A DNA stretch of 64,000 bases from Clostridia bacterium (GTDB lineage Bacteria; Bacillota; Clostridia; Christensenellales; UBA1242), in the NCBI GenBank assembly GCA_045635805.1, contig JAZTWI010000015.1, positions 3,474-67,473 on the forward strand, read 5' to 3'. Positions 1-12,100 of this stretch are shown piece after piece (position 1 is the first letter of the stretch; every line of letters begins with the position of its first letter). A program made the translations under genes and the position numbers. The notes under the pieces were generated by a model. The model saw nothing but the letters and a program-made list of their open reading frames with translations. It was not told the origin of the DNA and ran no database searches.

Positions 1-112
1 GCTTTTTGTTTTTACCAGCACCAGCAGTCTCTAACTCTACACCTTGCTCTGCTACTACTTCTTGATTATTTTTGCCTCTGTGTTTCTTTGATAGATAGTC
101 CATGATTCCCAT
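1..112 (-). CDS. Hypothetical protein, 5' part only (runs off window start): MGIMDYLSKKHRGKNNQEVVAEQGVELETAGAGKNKK...
   Basis: ATG at 112 with an AAGGGGTG SD-like sequence upstream; open frame to the window edge. Not in the supplied ORF track. Confidence 0.6.
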   Translation of the reverse strand, partial: MGIMDYLSKKHRGKNNQEVVAEQGVELETAGAGKNKK

Positions 113-229
113 AGTTCACACACCCCTTTATTTTATTACAAGTATTTTAACATAGTTGTTTTACCTATGTCAATAGGTGTTTTTTAATTAAATTACCTAA
201 ATAATATATATAAATATATAATTAACAAT

Positions 230-253
230 AAAAAAGGACACGTAAAGTGTCCT
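230..253 (-). terminator. Intrinsic terminator of fsa
   Basis: AGGACAC/GTGTCCT stem (235-241/247-253) with an A-run that reads as a U-tract on the minus strand, just past the fsa stop. Confidence 0.75.
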
Positions 254-257
254 AATA

Positions 258-947
258 TTACTCACAATCAAGTATATTCTTTGTTCCTTGAGACTCTTCC
301 CAATCGGCAGCAAAAGTTGTTACTGCGTTATCTATGTAATTAGTGTAATTAGCACAAACCATCTCTCTAAGTAGTCCAGGCTGAATAGTTACAGCGTGAG
401 CACCTGCTTGAAGAGCGTTAGTTACCTGTCCACCATGGTGGAAACTAGCAGCTAAGATTTTAGTGCTCTTACCAAAATTATCAATGTTTTGTCTAAAGCA
501 AGCAACAGTAGCAGAAGCATCTGAGCCACGGCTCTGAATTCTATTGTAATATGGGGCAATATAGTCAGCACCAGCAGCGATTGCAACCAATCCCTGCATT
601 TTAGTATAAATAGCTGTAGCAGTAATCTTAAAACCCCTAGCCTTTAAGTTCTTAATGGCCTTTAATCCTTCTTCTGTTACAGGAATCTTAATATATACAT
701 TTTTATCTATCTTCTCAACAATTTTCTCTGCTTCTTTAATCATCTCTTCGGCTGTTTGAGAAACCACCTGGATATGCAATGTTCTATCTTCGCCAATAAT
801 TTGTCTAATCTGTCTAAAATGCTCAAAGAAATCAATTTTTCCTTCTTTTTTAATAATTGTTGGGTTACTTGTAACTCCTACATATGGATAAATCTCTGCA
901 AACTCTTTAATTGTCTCAAGATTTGCATTATCTAGCATTAATTCCAT
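258..947 (-). CDS. fsa: Fructose-6-phosphate aldolase (transaldolase family, FSA type)
   Basis: Motifs GVTSNPT, IKIP (Schiff-base Lys) and KILAASF. Gln in HIQVV and Tyr in APYYNR are FSA-type rather than transaldolase (Glu/Phe) residues. Start re-picked at ATG 947 (MELMLD) after AAGGAG. Confidence 0.85.
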   Translation of the reverse strand: MELMLDNANLETIKEFAEIYPYVGVTSNPTIIKKEGKIDFFEHFRQIRQIIGEDRTLHIQVVSQTAEEMIKEAEKIVEKIDKNVYIKIPVTEEGLKAIKNLKARGFKITATAIYTKMQGLVAIAAGADYIAPYYNRIQSRGSDASATVACFRQNIDNFGKSTKILAASFHHGGQVTNALQAGAHAVTIQPGLLREMVCANYTNYIDNAVTTFAADWEESQGTKNILDCE

Positions 948-1035
948 AATTTTTCTCCTTTTGTCTATCGCATTACATAAAAATACCACTTCTGAAAATT
1001 AAAGTCAACTAGAAACATTTGTTATGTGAAAATCT

Positions 1036-1061
1036 TGGTATTATATTCAAATATAATACCA
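1036..1061. promoter_or_regulatory. Perfect 11-4-11 palindrome between divergent fsa and ABC genes (operator or symmetric extended -10 pair)
   Basis: TGGTATTATAT-tcaa-ATATAATACCA; each arm reads TG-n-TATTAT on its own strand. Confidence 0.55.
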
Positions 1062-1155
1062 TTTTATAGGCATTGGTAATATTTATTTGTTAGTTTAGAT
1101 TTTAAATGCTAAAATATCTTTGTTAAAATAATTAATACTTTTAGGTGGGAACGCT

Positions 1156-2916
1156 ATGACTAAAAAGAAAATAGAAGAAAAACCCGTACATAAAAATCCC
1201 CTTGCCTTAATGTGGCAAGTAATGACCAAGAAAAATAAATGGTGTTTCTTTGGTCTAATACTACTAGGCTTTGTAACAAGTGCATCAGTTCTTATCCCAA
1301 CGCAGATGCTAAGCCTAATTATATCTAAACTTTCTGGAGAAAGCGTTAATTTCTTTGGTATAAGAATAGATAATACTGTGAGTTATGTTACAGTTATTAT
1401 TGTAGCAGCTATTGTTACATATATTATGAGAAACCTAGGCACTCAATACTCCCTTAGTATGGAAAAGCTTATTAAAAGAGTTGTCTGTAATATGCGACTC
1501 GAGAACTACAAATGGTTAATCGTTCCTAGAAAGAATATGGACCTAAAAATGACCGATGGCGATGCTCTATACAGAATGAACGAAGGACCTGAATACATTA
1601 CAAATATTATCGACAGTCTTCTAAGCGATATCTTACCCAATGTATTCTCGGCAATCATTGCTTTTGTATATCTATGCTTTATTGACATTATCTTAATTCC
1701 AATTATCCTAGCAAGTTTACTAATAGTTGCAGTATGTGTAGTGATTAGAACTAGAATAGAAAAGACTATTGCGGTAAAAACAGAAACAACCAAGTCTGCT
1801 GTATCAAATAGTATATCTAACTCTATCACTAATTTACCTATTATTAATTTATACAAATCAATGGCTCTGGAACATAAGATTTTCTCTCAAAAGATAGAGA
1901 ACTTCTACACACAACAGAAAAAACAAATTAATCTAAGAGTAGCATATTGGACGGTCGTTCAATTAATTGAAGTTATCTGTACATTTGGAGTAATATATTT
2001 CTGCGCCGCAAAGATAATGGCAGACACAATGGTGGTAGGTAATATTATAGTTGTAGCAAACTATGTATCAACTATCTTTAACCCTGTTAAAACGATTGGT
2101 TTCTTCTCCACACGTTGGGTACAATGTAGTGTTAAAATCAACAGACTATACGAAATCAAGCCAAAAGAAGAAAACTTACTTACCCTAGATACTTTTGAGT
2201 GTGATGAAATCAACTCAATAGAACTTAAAAACATCAATGTTCAAAATGGCGACGTATTTAAAATAAAAGACGTTAATATGAGATTTGAAAAAGGCAAGAT
2301 GACCGTAATCTATGGAGAAAGCGGTTGTGGAAAATCAACCATTATGAAGGTACTCTGTGGACTATGCGAGAAACTAAGTGGCAGTATCATTATCAATGAT
2401 AAAGACAAAATCCCTACTGCTTATATGATAACCAACAAGATGTCTGTCACAATGCAGAGTCCATATATCTTTAACAGAGACGTAAAACTAAATGTTCTCT
2501 ACCCTGATGGCAAAATCCATAAAAACACAAAAGAGATAGTTGAACTACTCTCTATGCAAAAACTATACAATAGAAAGTTTAATGAAGAAAAACAACAAAA
2601 TCTAGAGAACATGTTATCTGGTGGAGAAAAGAAGAGAGTGTGTCTATCTAGGGGACTACTAAAACCTGCTGACATATATATCTTTGATGAACCGACCAAC
2701 GATTTGGATGCTAAAAACGCAAACAATGTACTAGAACAGATAATGGCACTTAGAGAAAATGCTATAGTAATCGTTGTGTCTCATGACGATAGAGTTATAA
2801 CTAAAGCCGACCATTTAATCAAGATGCAGAATAAAGTAATGCTACCTTCTACCGACTTTGATAATACCCTACTAGATGAATTAAATATCAAAAGACCCGA
2901 AGTAGAAGATGTGTAG
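1156..2916 (+). CDS. ABC exporter half-transporter (TM domain + ATPase), substrate unknown
   Basis: N-terminal multi-pass hydrophobic domain; Walker A GESGCGKS, signature LSGGE, Walker B IFDEPT, H-loop VSHD. Confidence 0.9.
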   Translation: MTKKKIEEKPVHKNPLALMWQVMTKKNKWCFFGLILLGFVTSASVLIPTQMLSLIISKLSGESVNFFGIRIDNTVSYVTVIIVAAIVTYIMRNLGTQYSLSMEKLIKRVVCNMRLENYKWLIVPRKNMDLKMTDGDALYRMNEGPEYITNIIDSLLSDILPNVFSAIIAFVYLCFIDIILIPIILASLLIVAVCVVIRTRIEKTIAVKTETTKSAVSNSISNSITNLPIINLYKSMALEHKIFSQKIENFYTQQKKQINLRVAYWTVVQLIEVICTFGVIYFCAAKIMADTMVVGNIIVVANYVSTIFNPVKTIGFFSTRWVQCSVKINRLYEIKPKEENLLTLDTFECDEINSIELKNINVQNGDVFKIKDVNMRFEKGKMTVIYGESGCGKSTIMKVLCGLCEKLSGSIIINDKDKIPTAYMITNKMSVTMQSPYIFNRDVKLNVLYPDGKIHKNTKEIVELLSMQKLYNRKFNEEKQQNLENMLSGGEKKRVCLSRGLLKPADIYIFDEPTNDLDAKNANNVLEQIMALRENAIVIVVSHDDRVITKADHLIKMQNKVMLPSTDFDNTLLDELNIKRPEVEDV

Positions 2917-2956
2917 GAGAGTATAAATAATATTAAATTTAACATTAACTAAAAAT

Positions 2957-2989
2957 AAAAAGAAAGCACAGACTTGTGCTTTCTTTTTT
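2957..2989 (+). terminator. Intrinsic (bidirectional-type) terminator after ABC gene
   Basis: AGAAAGCACA-gact-TGTGCTTTCT followed by a T-run and preceded by an A-run. Confidence 0.8.
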
Positions 2990-3071
2990 ATTCTTTTTAT
3001 TAAAAACATTTATTTTTTCTTAATACCAATAGTTTTTACATTGTATTTGATTCAAACACTTACATATAAAT

Positions 3072-3097
3072 AAAAGGTAGGTATTAACCCACCTTTT
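3072..3097 (-). terminator. Terminator of giant surface-protein gene
   Basis: On the minus strand AAAAGGTGGGT-taat-ACCTACCTTTT, 10 nt past the stop at 3108. Confidence 0.7.
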
Positions 3098-3107
3098 ATT
3101 TTAAAAA

Positions 3108-6100
3108 CTACCAGTTTGTATAAACATAAGTTTTTCCGTTATACTTAATTTCTAATATAATTAACTGGCTTATATCTCCCCTAAGGAATGAATACCAAAT
3201 ACCCCATGTTAATCCCGGAGGGGTTGTTGCGTTTCCTGACTTTTTATCAGAATACATCCATCTCCACCATGTGATATATTGTACACCATAAACATAGGTA
3301 TTATACCATCCGTTATTACTACCGCTTACAGTTTCTCTCTTGTCATAACCATTACCATTAACGTCTTTGCCACAATAGTCACAGTTATTATCAATCCAAG
3401 CTTCCTTATGTGCCTTATCACCAACTTTTTCAAGCGAACTATCTGATAAGAATGCATTACATTCCCCACATGTCATTCTCATAAAGTTAACTTCTATCCA
3501 ACAATGTCTTGGGTCTGGGTATTCAATCTTGATATTTCTATAGAATGTAAATACTCTACTTAATATGCTTCCACTTTTAAAACAATGTTTAATACCAGTA
3601 TTCCAATTATAGTTTCCTGTAGCATATGAACCCGTGCTGCTATTTCTAGAATATGAACAGTAATCGCATTTATAACGATATTTACCACAATTTGATTCTG
3701 AGACATATGAAGAATAATCATGATAATATTCAACTTTACTAGATGAGAAGTAGTGATTTCCATAGCCAGCTTCTTTATCTTGATAGTATTCAAGACATCT
3801 ACCACAATAATATGAGTTATAACTACTACAAGTAGCATCATCTCCATTTAAAACTTGTACTGCCTTTGCTTCCCATGTCATACCATAAGAAGAAGTATAT
3901 GACTGGAAGTTGGAATAATAAGGCCAACCAACCCCTCTTCCATCTGGGTACCAGAATTCGCCAGTCGACCTGGTGCCTTTATTGGTTGCGTACCACCATG
4001 CAGAATATTGTCCTGTACCTGTTTTCCATACAACCTCTAAGTGAGAGCCTGGACATTTTATAGTATATCCATATGAGCACTGATAACAATCCATCCAACC
4101 ATCTTTTAGACATTTAGACGCTGTAGAGGTGTACATATTATGAGTCTCATTCTGGGTTAGCGCCACTCTATAAGATTTGTCTAGATTATTTTTCACAGCA
4201 TAACAATTAGAGTTGTCGCAATAGTAGACGTGTTTATGTGTACTAGAACCATTACTTGTGTATGTATCATTACTAGTTACATCATACTTAGTATGTATCC
4301 ACGTAATAGTTTGAGAATGATATGTACAGTATTCACAAGTAGTCGTTGATACAATTCGACAGTTCTTACCATCTGTAGCCTTCATACTTAATTTGTGTAC
4401 ATCGTGTACTAATGTAAACTTAACTTTGTTGTCTCCAGCGGACTTTAGTATATTAGAATCTTTTACAACACTAAAGTACTCATCTGGATGAGAAGAAGAT
4501 TTATATGTATAAGCATTTTGTTGAATCGTTCCATTATCTCCACTATGACTCTCACCCAAAGCATTAAATGCTCTTAGATAATTTGGGGCAAACCTAAATG
4601 TATGGCTCTTAGAGATATTATCAAGTGTTGCCACTTTTTGAGTAATAGATAATGAGTTACCGTTTTGGTCTTTGCCATTCTTTAGTAAATCACTTGAGAT
4701 AGTAATAGTTCCATTGTGCTCATAGGTAAATGTTCTACCTCTCTTAAACCACTTAGGAGTGATTGTAATATCTTGTTGGATATCATCAATCATAAATGTA
4801 ATACCTGCAGAAGAAGTCTTAGAATATGTTCCAGACACATTCTTAACCACTGACGATATAGAATCTGAAGTAAAGTCTAAAACATTCCTTGCTGTTGAAC
4901 CATTCTTATATGCAGACAATTCGAATCCTAACAACATTACATCTGATGAATTATAACTTCTTAGAAGTGTATATAAGCTATCTTCATACTCATTTTTTGT
5001 TGTTGTAGATTTCTTGGCAAGTGTGTATTTGCCAAAGCCTGCATTTGTATCTGCAAACTTAAATGAGAAGCTCTCACCTTCAATTAATTCAATATTGAAG
5101 CTACTGAAATCTACTAATTTAGAAGATGTAACATTTTCGGACTTATTTGCCTCACTATATAGTGTTGAAGTTGTATTGAATTTAATTTCATATACTCTTA
5201 CTTCTTTCCAGATAGGGTAAATATCCACTCTTGAGATACTTCCACTGAGTCCTGTGATTGAAGACAATGAAATTGTCTTTTTCTGTTCATCAGTATCACC
5301 CTTTGGATTAAAGTAGTCTACGCTATCATATGTTACAGAATACTCTTCGCCTGCAGCATTATAGTATACAACTAAGTATCCCTTAATGTATGCCTTCCAA
5401 TCTGCTGGAGCTCTGGATGCATTTTCTGTTGTCCAGTTGTAATTTAAGTTCATTCCACTCACACCATTCTTACCATACTCATTCAAGCTATCTTGATATG
5501 GTGCAATATACATACCATTTGTAAGTCTATTTTCTTTTAATTTTGCAACTTGCATTATGTATGAATATGTACCACCACTTTGAGATGGAAGGTAAGCTGT
5601 ACTTCTAAGAGTAAATGTGCTGCTAGAAAGCGTATCAACATAGCCTTCGCTATCTGCGCCCTCAAGCGGGAATGTTGTGTTACCTGCAGTTCCAGATTGT
5701 TGAGTAAAGAATCTTACTTTTGCATAATGAGCAATACCAACATCTGTATTACCATATGGAAGATTCATAAGTAACCACTCTGTTGAACCTTTTAACTCTA
5801 CGTTAAAGTTAATGGTTGAAGCAGTTGCCGATGAGTTACTCATATTCTTACCAACTACCTGGTATGCATCAAAGTTAGTTGCTGTTAAGTTCTTAGTACC
5901 ATTAGCTGCTTTATTATTAATAAGCGTATTGATTCTACCATATAGGTCTGAATCTGCATATGTTAATCTTAGAGCAACGTCACTAGTATTTTCTTTCCAT
6001 GTATCTTCTAGTTTTGCACTGCCTTCACCATTGTTTGCATATATTGGCGCCATTCTATTAGGGATTTGATTTAGAACATCCATATATGAATATTGTGTAT

Positions 6101-9100
6101 TCTGATAGAATGACTCTGTTGCACCAAAGTTAGTTGGAACCACACCAACAAGTCCACTAGGAAGCTTATATGTAGTAGCCCCAGAAGATTTCTTGCTAAA
6201 TACAAGGTTTGTATTTAAGCTTTCATAGAAATACTGACCACCATATGATTTGTCATAGTTTACAGCCCAAATGTTTTCATCTACTGTAACAGATACTACT
6301 TTTCTAGTAAAGTAAAGCATAATTCTAGCATCACCCATAATTGTATGAGTTTGACCAACAGCTTTCTTTAGCTCTGTCTTATGTTCGGTCGCTCCCCACA
6401 TTGAATATGAAGTGATTTGACCGGTACCTGTAAACGCTTCATTTGTTAACGCTACATATTGAGCCGAACTTCCTTCAACAATATATATACCATTAAAGTT
6501 ATATGTACCGTCATCTATAAATTGTAAGATATTTACTCTACTTGCTGTGTTTCCTTCAGCATTAATGTAAATAGTGTATAGAGTTCCTGCTGTAATATTA
6601 GTTGCAGTTAAATGAACTGTACTTGTAGGCTCTATCTTAAAGTTAGATGGCATAAATACATCGCCTTCTGAGTCTTTAGAATTTGTTAAAGCTGAATTGT
6701 AAACATTGATATCTGTAGCACTTCCTGCATCTAGTCTATGACCATTTACTGTAAAGTATCTTTCTCCTGTAGATATCACTTTTTTATCTTGTGGTATCTC
6801 AGCAGTTGAAATTTGTAGGTTTCTATAATCTGTAGCATATGGAAGAGATAAACCAAAGCTTACATTTACAGTTGCCCTTTGTGTTAATTGAACTTGAATA
6901 ATGTACTGTGTATAAGTAATTTCAGTATCTCTTAGAAGTTTTCCTGGATGCCCAGAAACAGTCTCAACAATAGCACTCTGACTAGCATATTTAGTTGTAA
7001 TGCTCTTATTTACAAGGTCTGTCTCTACCGGATAAGCAGGAGAAATTGTTACACTCTCTAGAGCAAATTCATTGATTGCTCTAAAGATATAATTATATTC
7101 TTCTTTACCCGGATCTGGGTTAATGTAATTAAATAATACACCACCAAGTCCTGCGCCTTTATTTGCAAACAACGATAAGTTCATTGTTTGAGTTCCGCAT
7201 TCCACACGCATATTTGAGCTAGTGTAGGAAGTATTAGATGAGTTCTTAATCTCAAGCATATCCTTCCAATCACTGTAGCTTTGTATTCCTGTATGCTCAT
7301 TTTTATATTTATCTATATAATTTATAGAAATTATGAAGTTAATTGCTACAGTTCTTTCATTTATTTTAATAGCAACATATTTTCCAGAGTTATCGTTTGT
7401 CATCGAAATCTCTGTACCTCTATACCCCATAACTGCCCCACCAGTATCTCTATCTTGCTCTGTATCATACATTGATTGGAAGAGCTGTCTAAAAACTGTA
7501 TTTTCTTTTAGTTCGTAGTCATACTTATGTAATTCAGAATTATTCCAATAGTCTGTAATCTTTAGTGTATATACTTTATCTTTTTCCTTCTCAGCAAATT
7601 CATATTTATATCCACCATACAAATCATGTTTCATAAATACATTATTTGAATCTTTTACAGGAGTATTGTTTGCATCATATACTCTAATATTAGATAAGGT
7701 ATCTGCAGCATCAAAGAGAACTTTAATCTCTGTGCCGAAAGTATATGCTGAATTAGTAATACCACTTCTCCACTCTTCTGCATATCTTGTTACAACCTCA
7801 GTACCTGTTCTTGTAGGTGTTACGAACGTAGCACTGATTAATTGGTGAATATTCTCAGACTCTTCAATTACAACACTAAATAAGTTTGTTTTACCAACGC
7901 CTGTATATAGTGCATAGTAGCCGGTATTTCCTTTTTCAACTAATTGTGTATAGTTGTACTCTTGTGTTTCTCCATCTCTGCCTGCAAAGATGTCAATAGC
8001 AGTCTTTCTATTAATAGTTACTTTACCATGGCCATGTGTATAGCCTTCTGTAGTAGTATCTATAGAAACCTTAAAGTCTTGACTCTTCTCTACCCAAGCA
8101 ATAAATGTTAGATGTAGAGATTTAAATTCTTCTGAATTAACATCTAATCCATCAGTATATGCAGCATCAATAATTTCAACTATACCATTTGTTGATGTTT
8201 CTTTTACCCAACCGGTTAGTGTGTAATCATATGTTTCACCTGCTGCCTTTCTGTAATCTCCAACTTTCACATCGTCAGCGATGCTAATAGATGGACCGTA
8301 TTTAGGAGATTTGATTGTAAACTCTCTACTGTCTTCGCTGTATTCGATTACACTACCAGCAAATACTTTAAGTGTCTTTTTATCTGTATTTTCTCCTGCA
8401 ACATTGATTCTAGAACCTAATAGTTCTGTCTTGTTATTCAAGCTAACACTAACATAGTCGCTTCCTACTTCTGCCGAATAAGCGTCAAGCCCACCATTGT
8501 CGTTTGAATTTCTGTAAACTGTTTCAAAGTCTACTTCGTAAGTAGCCCACTCACAAGCCATTCTTACATACATATTTCTTGAAACACCGTCTGGGTTTAA
8601 CTCAATAACTGAAGGCTGTGCAAATGTGCCACTCTCTTCAAAGTCTACCCATTCACCCTGTAGGTTCTTATATTGTAGTCTAATATTGGTTAGATATACA
8701 GCACTTGTATTAATAGAAATATATCCAAAATGACCAACATTAGTTTCAGCATTGTAAATTTGATATTTATTATCTACCCTTACAATCTTAACTTCTGTTC
8801 CTTCTAATAATTGTGTATTAGAAGTACTATTAGTAGCTGTAAATATTTTTCCTGAAGATAGGTGATGTCTTAAGTAGTCTATTCCGTTATCTTCAAGGTT
8901 TGTAACTACTCCATAAACTTCTACACCATCATTTAAGCCATCAGTAAACACAAACTTAATATCTGTTTGTCTACTTAATGGGAATACGTTATGAATATTT
9001 CTTAAATCCGTGAACTCATAACTTGCACCGGCGTTCTTAAGTGGAATAGCCTTAGTTGTACTGTTTTCAGTATAAGATACAATCCAAGATAATCCTACTA

Positions 9101-12100
9101 GGACTTCTCTAGCTGTATAGGTTAGAGTGTATAGAACCTCACCAGAATTTAAGTCTCCATTAACATAGTTCTTTCTAATCTCTGCTTGGTAAATACCACA
9201 CTCTTCATTATTGGCGTTAATTGTTGTTCCAGTTTGTCCTAGAGACACAATTGAGAAATAAACATTGTGATGTTCTTCTTTTTCTAGTGCACTACCAACT
9301 CTAACACCTGTAGATGTTGTTGAATCTTTTTCAACAAAGTACATATATGTCTTATCTTCTATTGGTGTTACAGCACTAGTATTGCTATTTTGAATTGTAA
9401 AGTCTCCCCTATCTAGTTCATCTGGAGAGAACATAATAGGAGCGTTATGATGAGCGTTAACAGAAAGTTCAATTCCTGCAAACACCCTATCTTCACAGAA
9501 TGTACAATCTTCATGTGTACAATAGTCTACATACCTTGTGGTTGTTCCATTTCCATCAATGAAACTAATAGTTAATTCCCATATACCAAACGCATATACA
9601 CCAAATGAACCTGGTTTAATACGATAGAGATGAGTAGTATTAACATCTCCACCAACTAATAACACACCACCAAAGGTAATATCACTATTAGTTGAATCGG
9701 TAGAAACTTTAATTGCACCACCAATTGTAGTGATTGTTACATTATCCGCAATATAAGCAACATCTCTTCTACTTGCCGCAATCTGGTATGTGATAGGTAC
9801 AGAGAAGTATTTTTGATGCTCTGCTATTTCTGCATAAACTGCACCATTAATATAACGAGACTCTGTATCGTCAACTGTTACCTTATAGAACTTGGTGTTC
9901 TCTGTTGAGTAATAGATATTATCATTAGCAATTAATGTATTTAGATTTGTAAGTAGTAGGTTACTTAATCTATTTGTATAACTATTTCCAAAGCTGTCTT
10001 GGAAAGTTTGTCTTGCTAGATAATATGTACGAGTCTCCATTTGAGCAGTGTTCTTAGTATCATCTCCATCAACAGCATATGTGATATATATCTCAGCAAG
10101 AGATTTGCCACTTGTAGCTATTGTTACATAATCTGCAGTAAGTGCAGTAGTCTTTTTGATTGGAGTAGTAATGTTGCTAATACCATCTCCTAACCACTGA
10201 TTGAAGATATAACTAAAGTTTCCATAAGTTGGGTCTGCTACTCTAGCATCGTCATCACTCGGATGATTAAACATTTTCTTCTCTGGAGCATTTGTCTCTT
10301 TTGCTAATAAATCAAGAACAAATAGTGGTAATCTATTTACCTTTCTTAAATTTTCTAGAGTACAGAAATATCTTTCTGCTAGAATTTGTCTACCATCAGC
10401 AATACAAGCTCTATAGACTTCTTCGTCATATCCTGTATTAATTGTCAAATCACCCAATAAACTATCTTCAGCCCTATAGAATGTTACTTCGTTTGTAACA
10501 ATTACAAACTGTGCTTGAAGTTTTAGTTCTGGAATTAATTTTCCAGCGATATCTTTAAACATCTTAGAAAGTTCTGGAACGCTATAGCTTTGCTTATTTA
10601 ATGTTGCAAGGCTCTCATCTACATCATAACCAAATGCGTTAGAGTCTTTAGCTCCTGTATCAAATGAATGTAGTGTATATTTATTGTTAGTTGCAGTCTT
10701 CTCCATTGGAGTATATTTTACTTCAATTTGAGAATTGCTTGGAGCTTTTACATACATTTGAACAATGTCTGTCTTTATCTTTCCATCTGCAGCATAAATA
10801 CTTGTAAAGCCACCAACACCATTAGGAGTTAGAGCAAAGTGTCCCTTATTTCCTGCTGTAGTATATGAATTCTCTACAGTTAGCTCAGAAATTACTGCTC
10901 TATTTATATTATTAATAATAGCAGCTTCTTCTAAGTGAGATAGATATAATCCGTCATATTTTTCTTTTAGAGTTTCAATATCTAGATAGTCAATAATCTC
11001 TTGACCAAAGTATGCAATAATAGCATCTTCTAGTCTACCATACAACTCGATGACACCTTCACCGTGTTTAGCATAAATCTTACCATCAACTAATTGATAT
11101 TTCTTCTTAGTCTCTGTATCTTGTAAACTCTCCCAAATTTCGTCAAACCAGAAGTAATTTAGAAGTTGTTCTTTACCAAATTCGTAAACACTACCCATGC
11201 CTTCAGTAGATGCAATCTTGCTATTATATGTATTAGTATATTGTACATTGATTTCATCAAGGATATCTGTAATATCTGTTCCACCAACAACTGATGTTGT
11301 AGCAGCGCCAGACACAACTAAATCTTTGTGAATAGCAAGCATTGTGTATACGTTATCTTTATGGGTTACAGTTAGTCTAGATGCAGGGTTTGTCATTGCC
11401 GCCCATAGATTAGACCATGCTGATTCAGTAGTCTTAGTATACATTACATTGAAGTTAATAGCTTCTACTGCGTTTGGTAAAATCACAGCTTTAATCTTGT
11501 ACTCTGTAATGTATGAATTAGTTTCTCCATTATCTGATGGAGTAATTCTCTGAGTATTAGCAGAATTATCTAGGAATCCAATATTTGTAGGTGTTGGACT
11601 CCAACTATCGAAGTGATATCTATAATCAAGGTTTGTATTAACGTCTAAGTTCGCACTTTCTGGATTTAGCTTATCGCTACCATGCATTAATGTGAATACA
11701 TTTAAAATTGTACCATAAGGAACTTTTTCAATCTTAATTGTAGCATTCTCTGTATTTGCATTAGATATGCTATAAATCAAATTCATTGATGAATAGTTAG
11801 CTCCATCAGCATGTACTTGAATGCCAAGATTTACATTCATTGAATTAGAATTAAATGAATGTTTTGTTCCACCATTACCATCTAGGTAATATAGGTCAGC
11901 CTTAGTATCGTCATATACAAATGAAATATCATAAGATAAGTATTTAACTTGAAGAACGAAGATATTTGTGTTTACATTCTTAAGTTTATTGATAGTCACT
12001 CTATTCTTAATCTTAGTATAAGATGAGCCTAAATCATTCTCATCTGGATACTCTGTTGTTCTACTAATATTAACTACAAAATTAGCATTAGTATCGTCAG

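Noticed and set aside
1063-1075. 13-nt match TTTATAGGCATTG shared with 51582-51594
   Set aside because: Matches of this length are expected by chance in 64 kb of AT-rich DNA, and there is no shared context.
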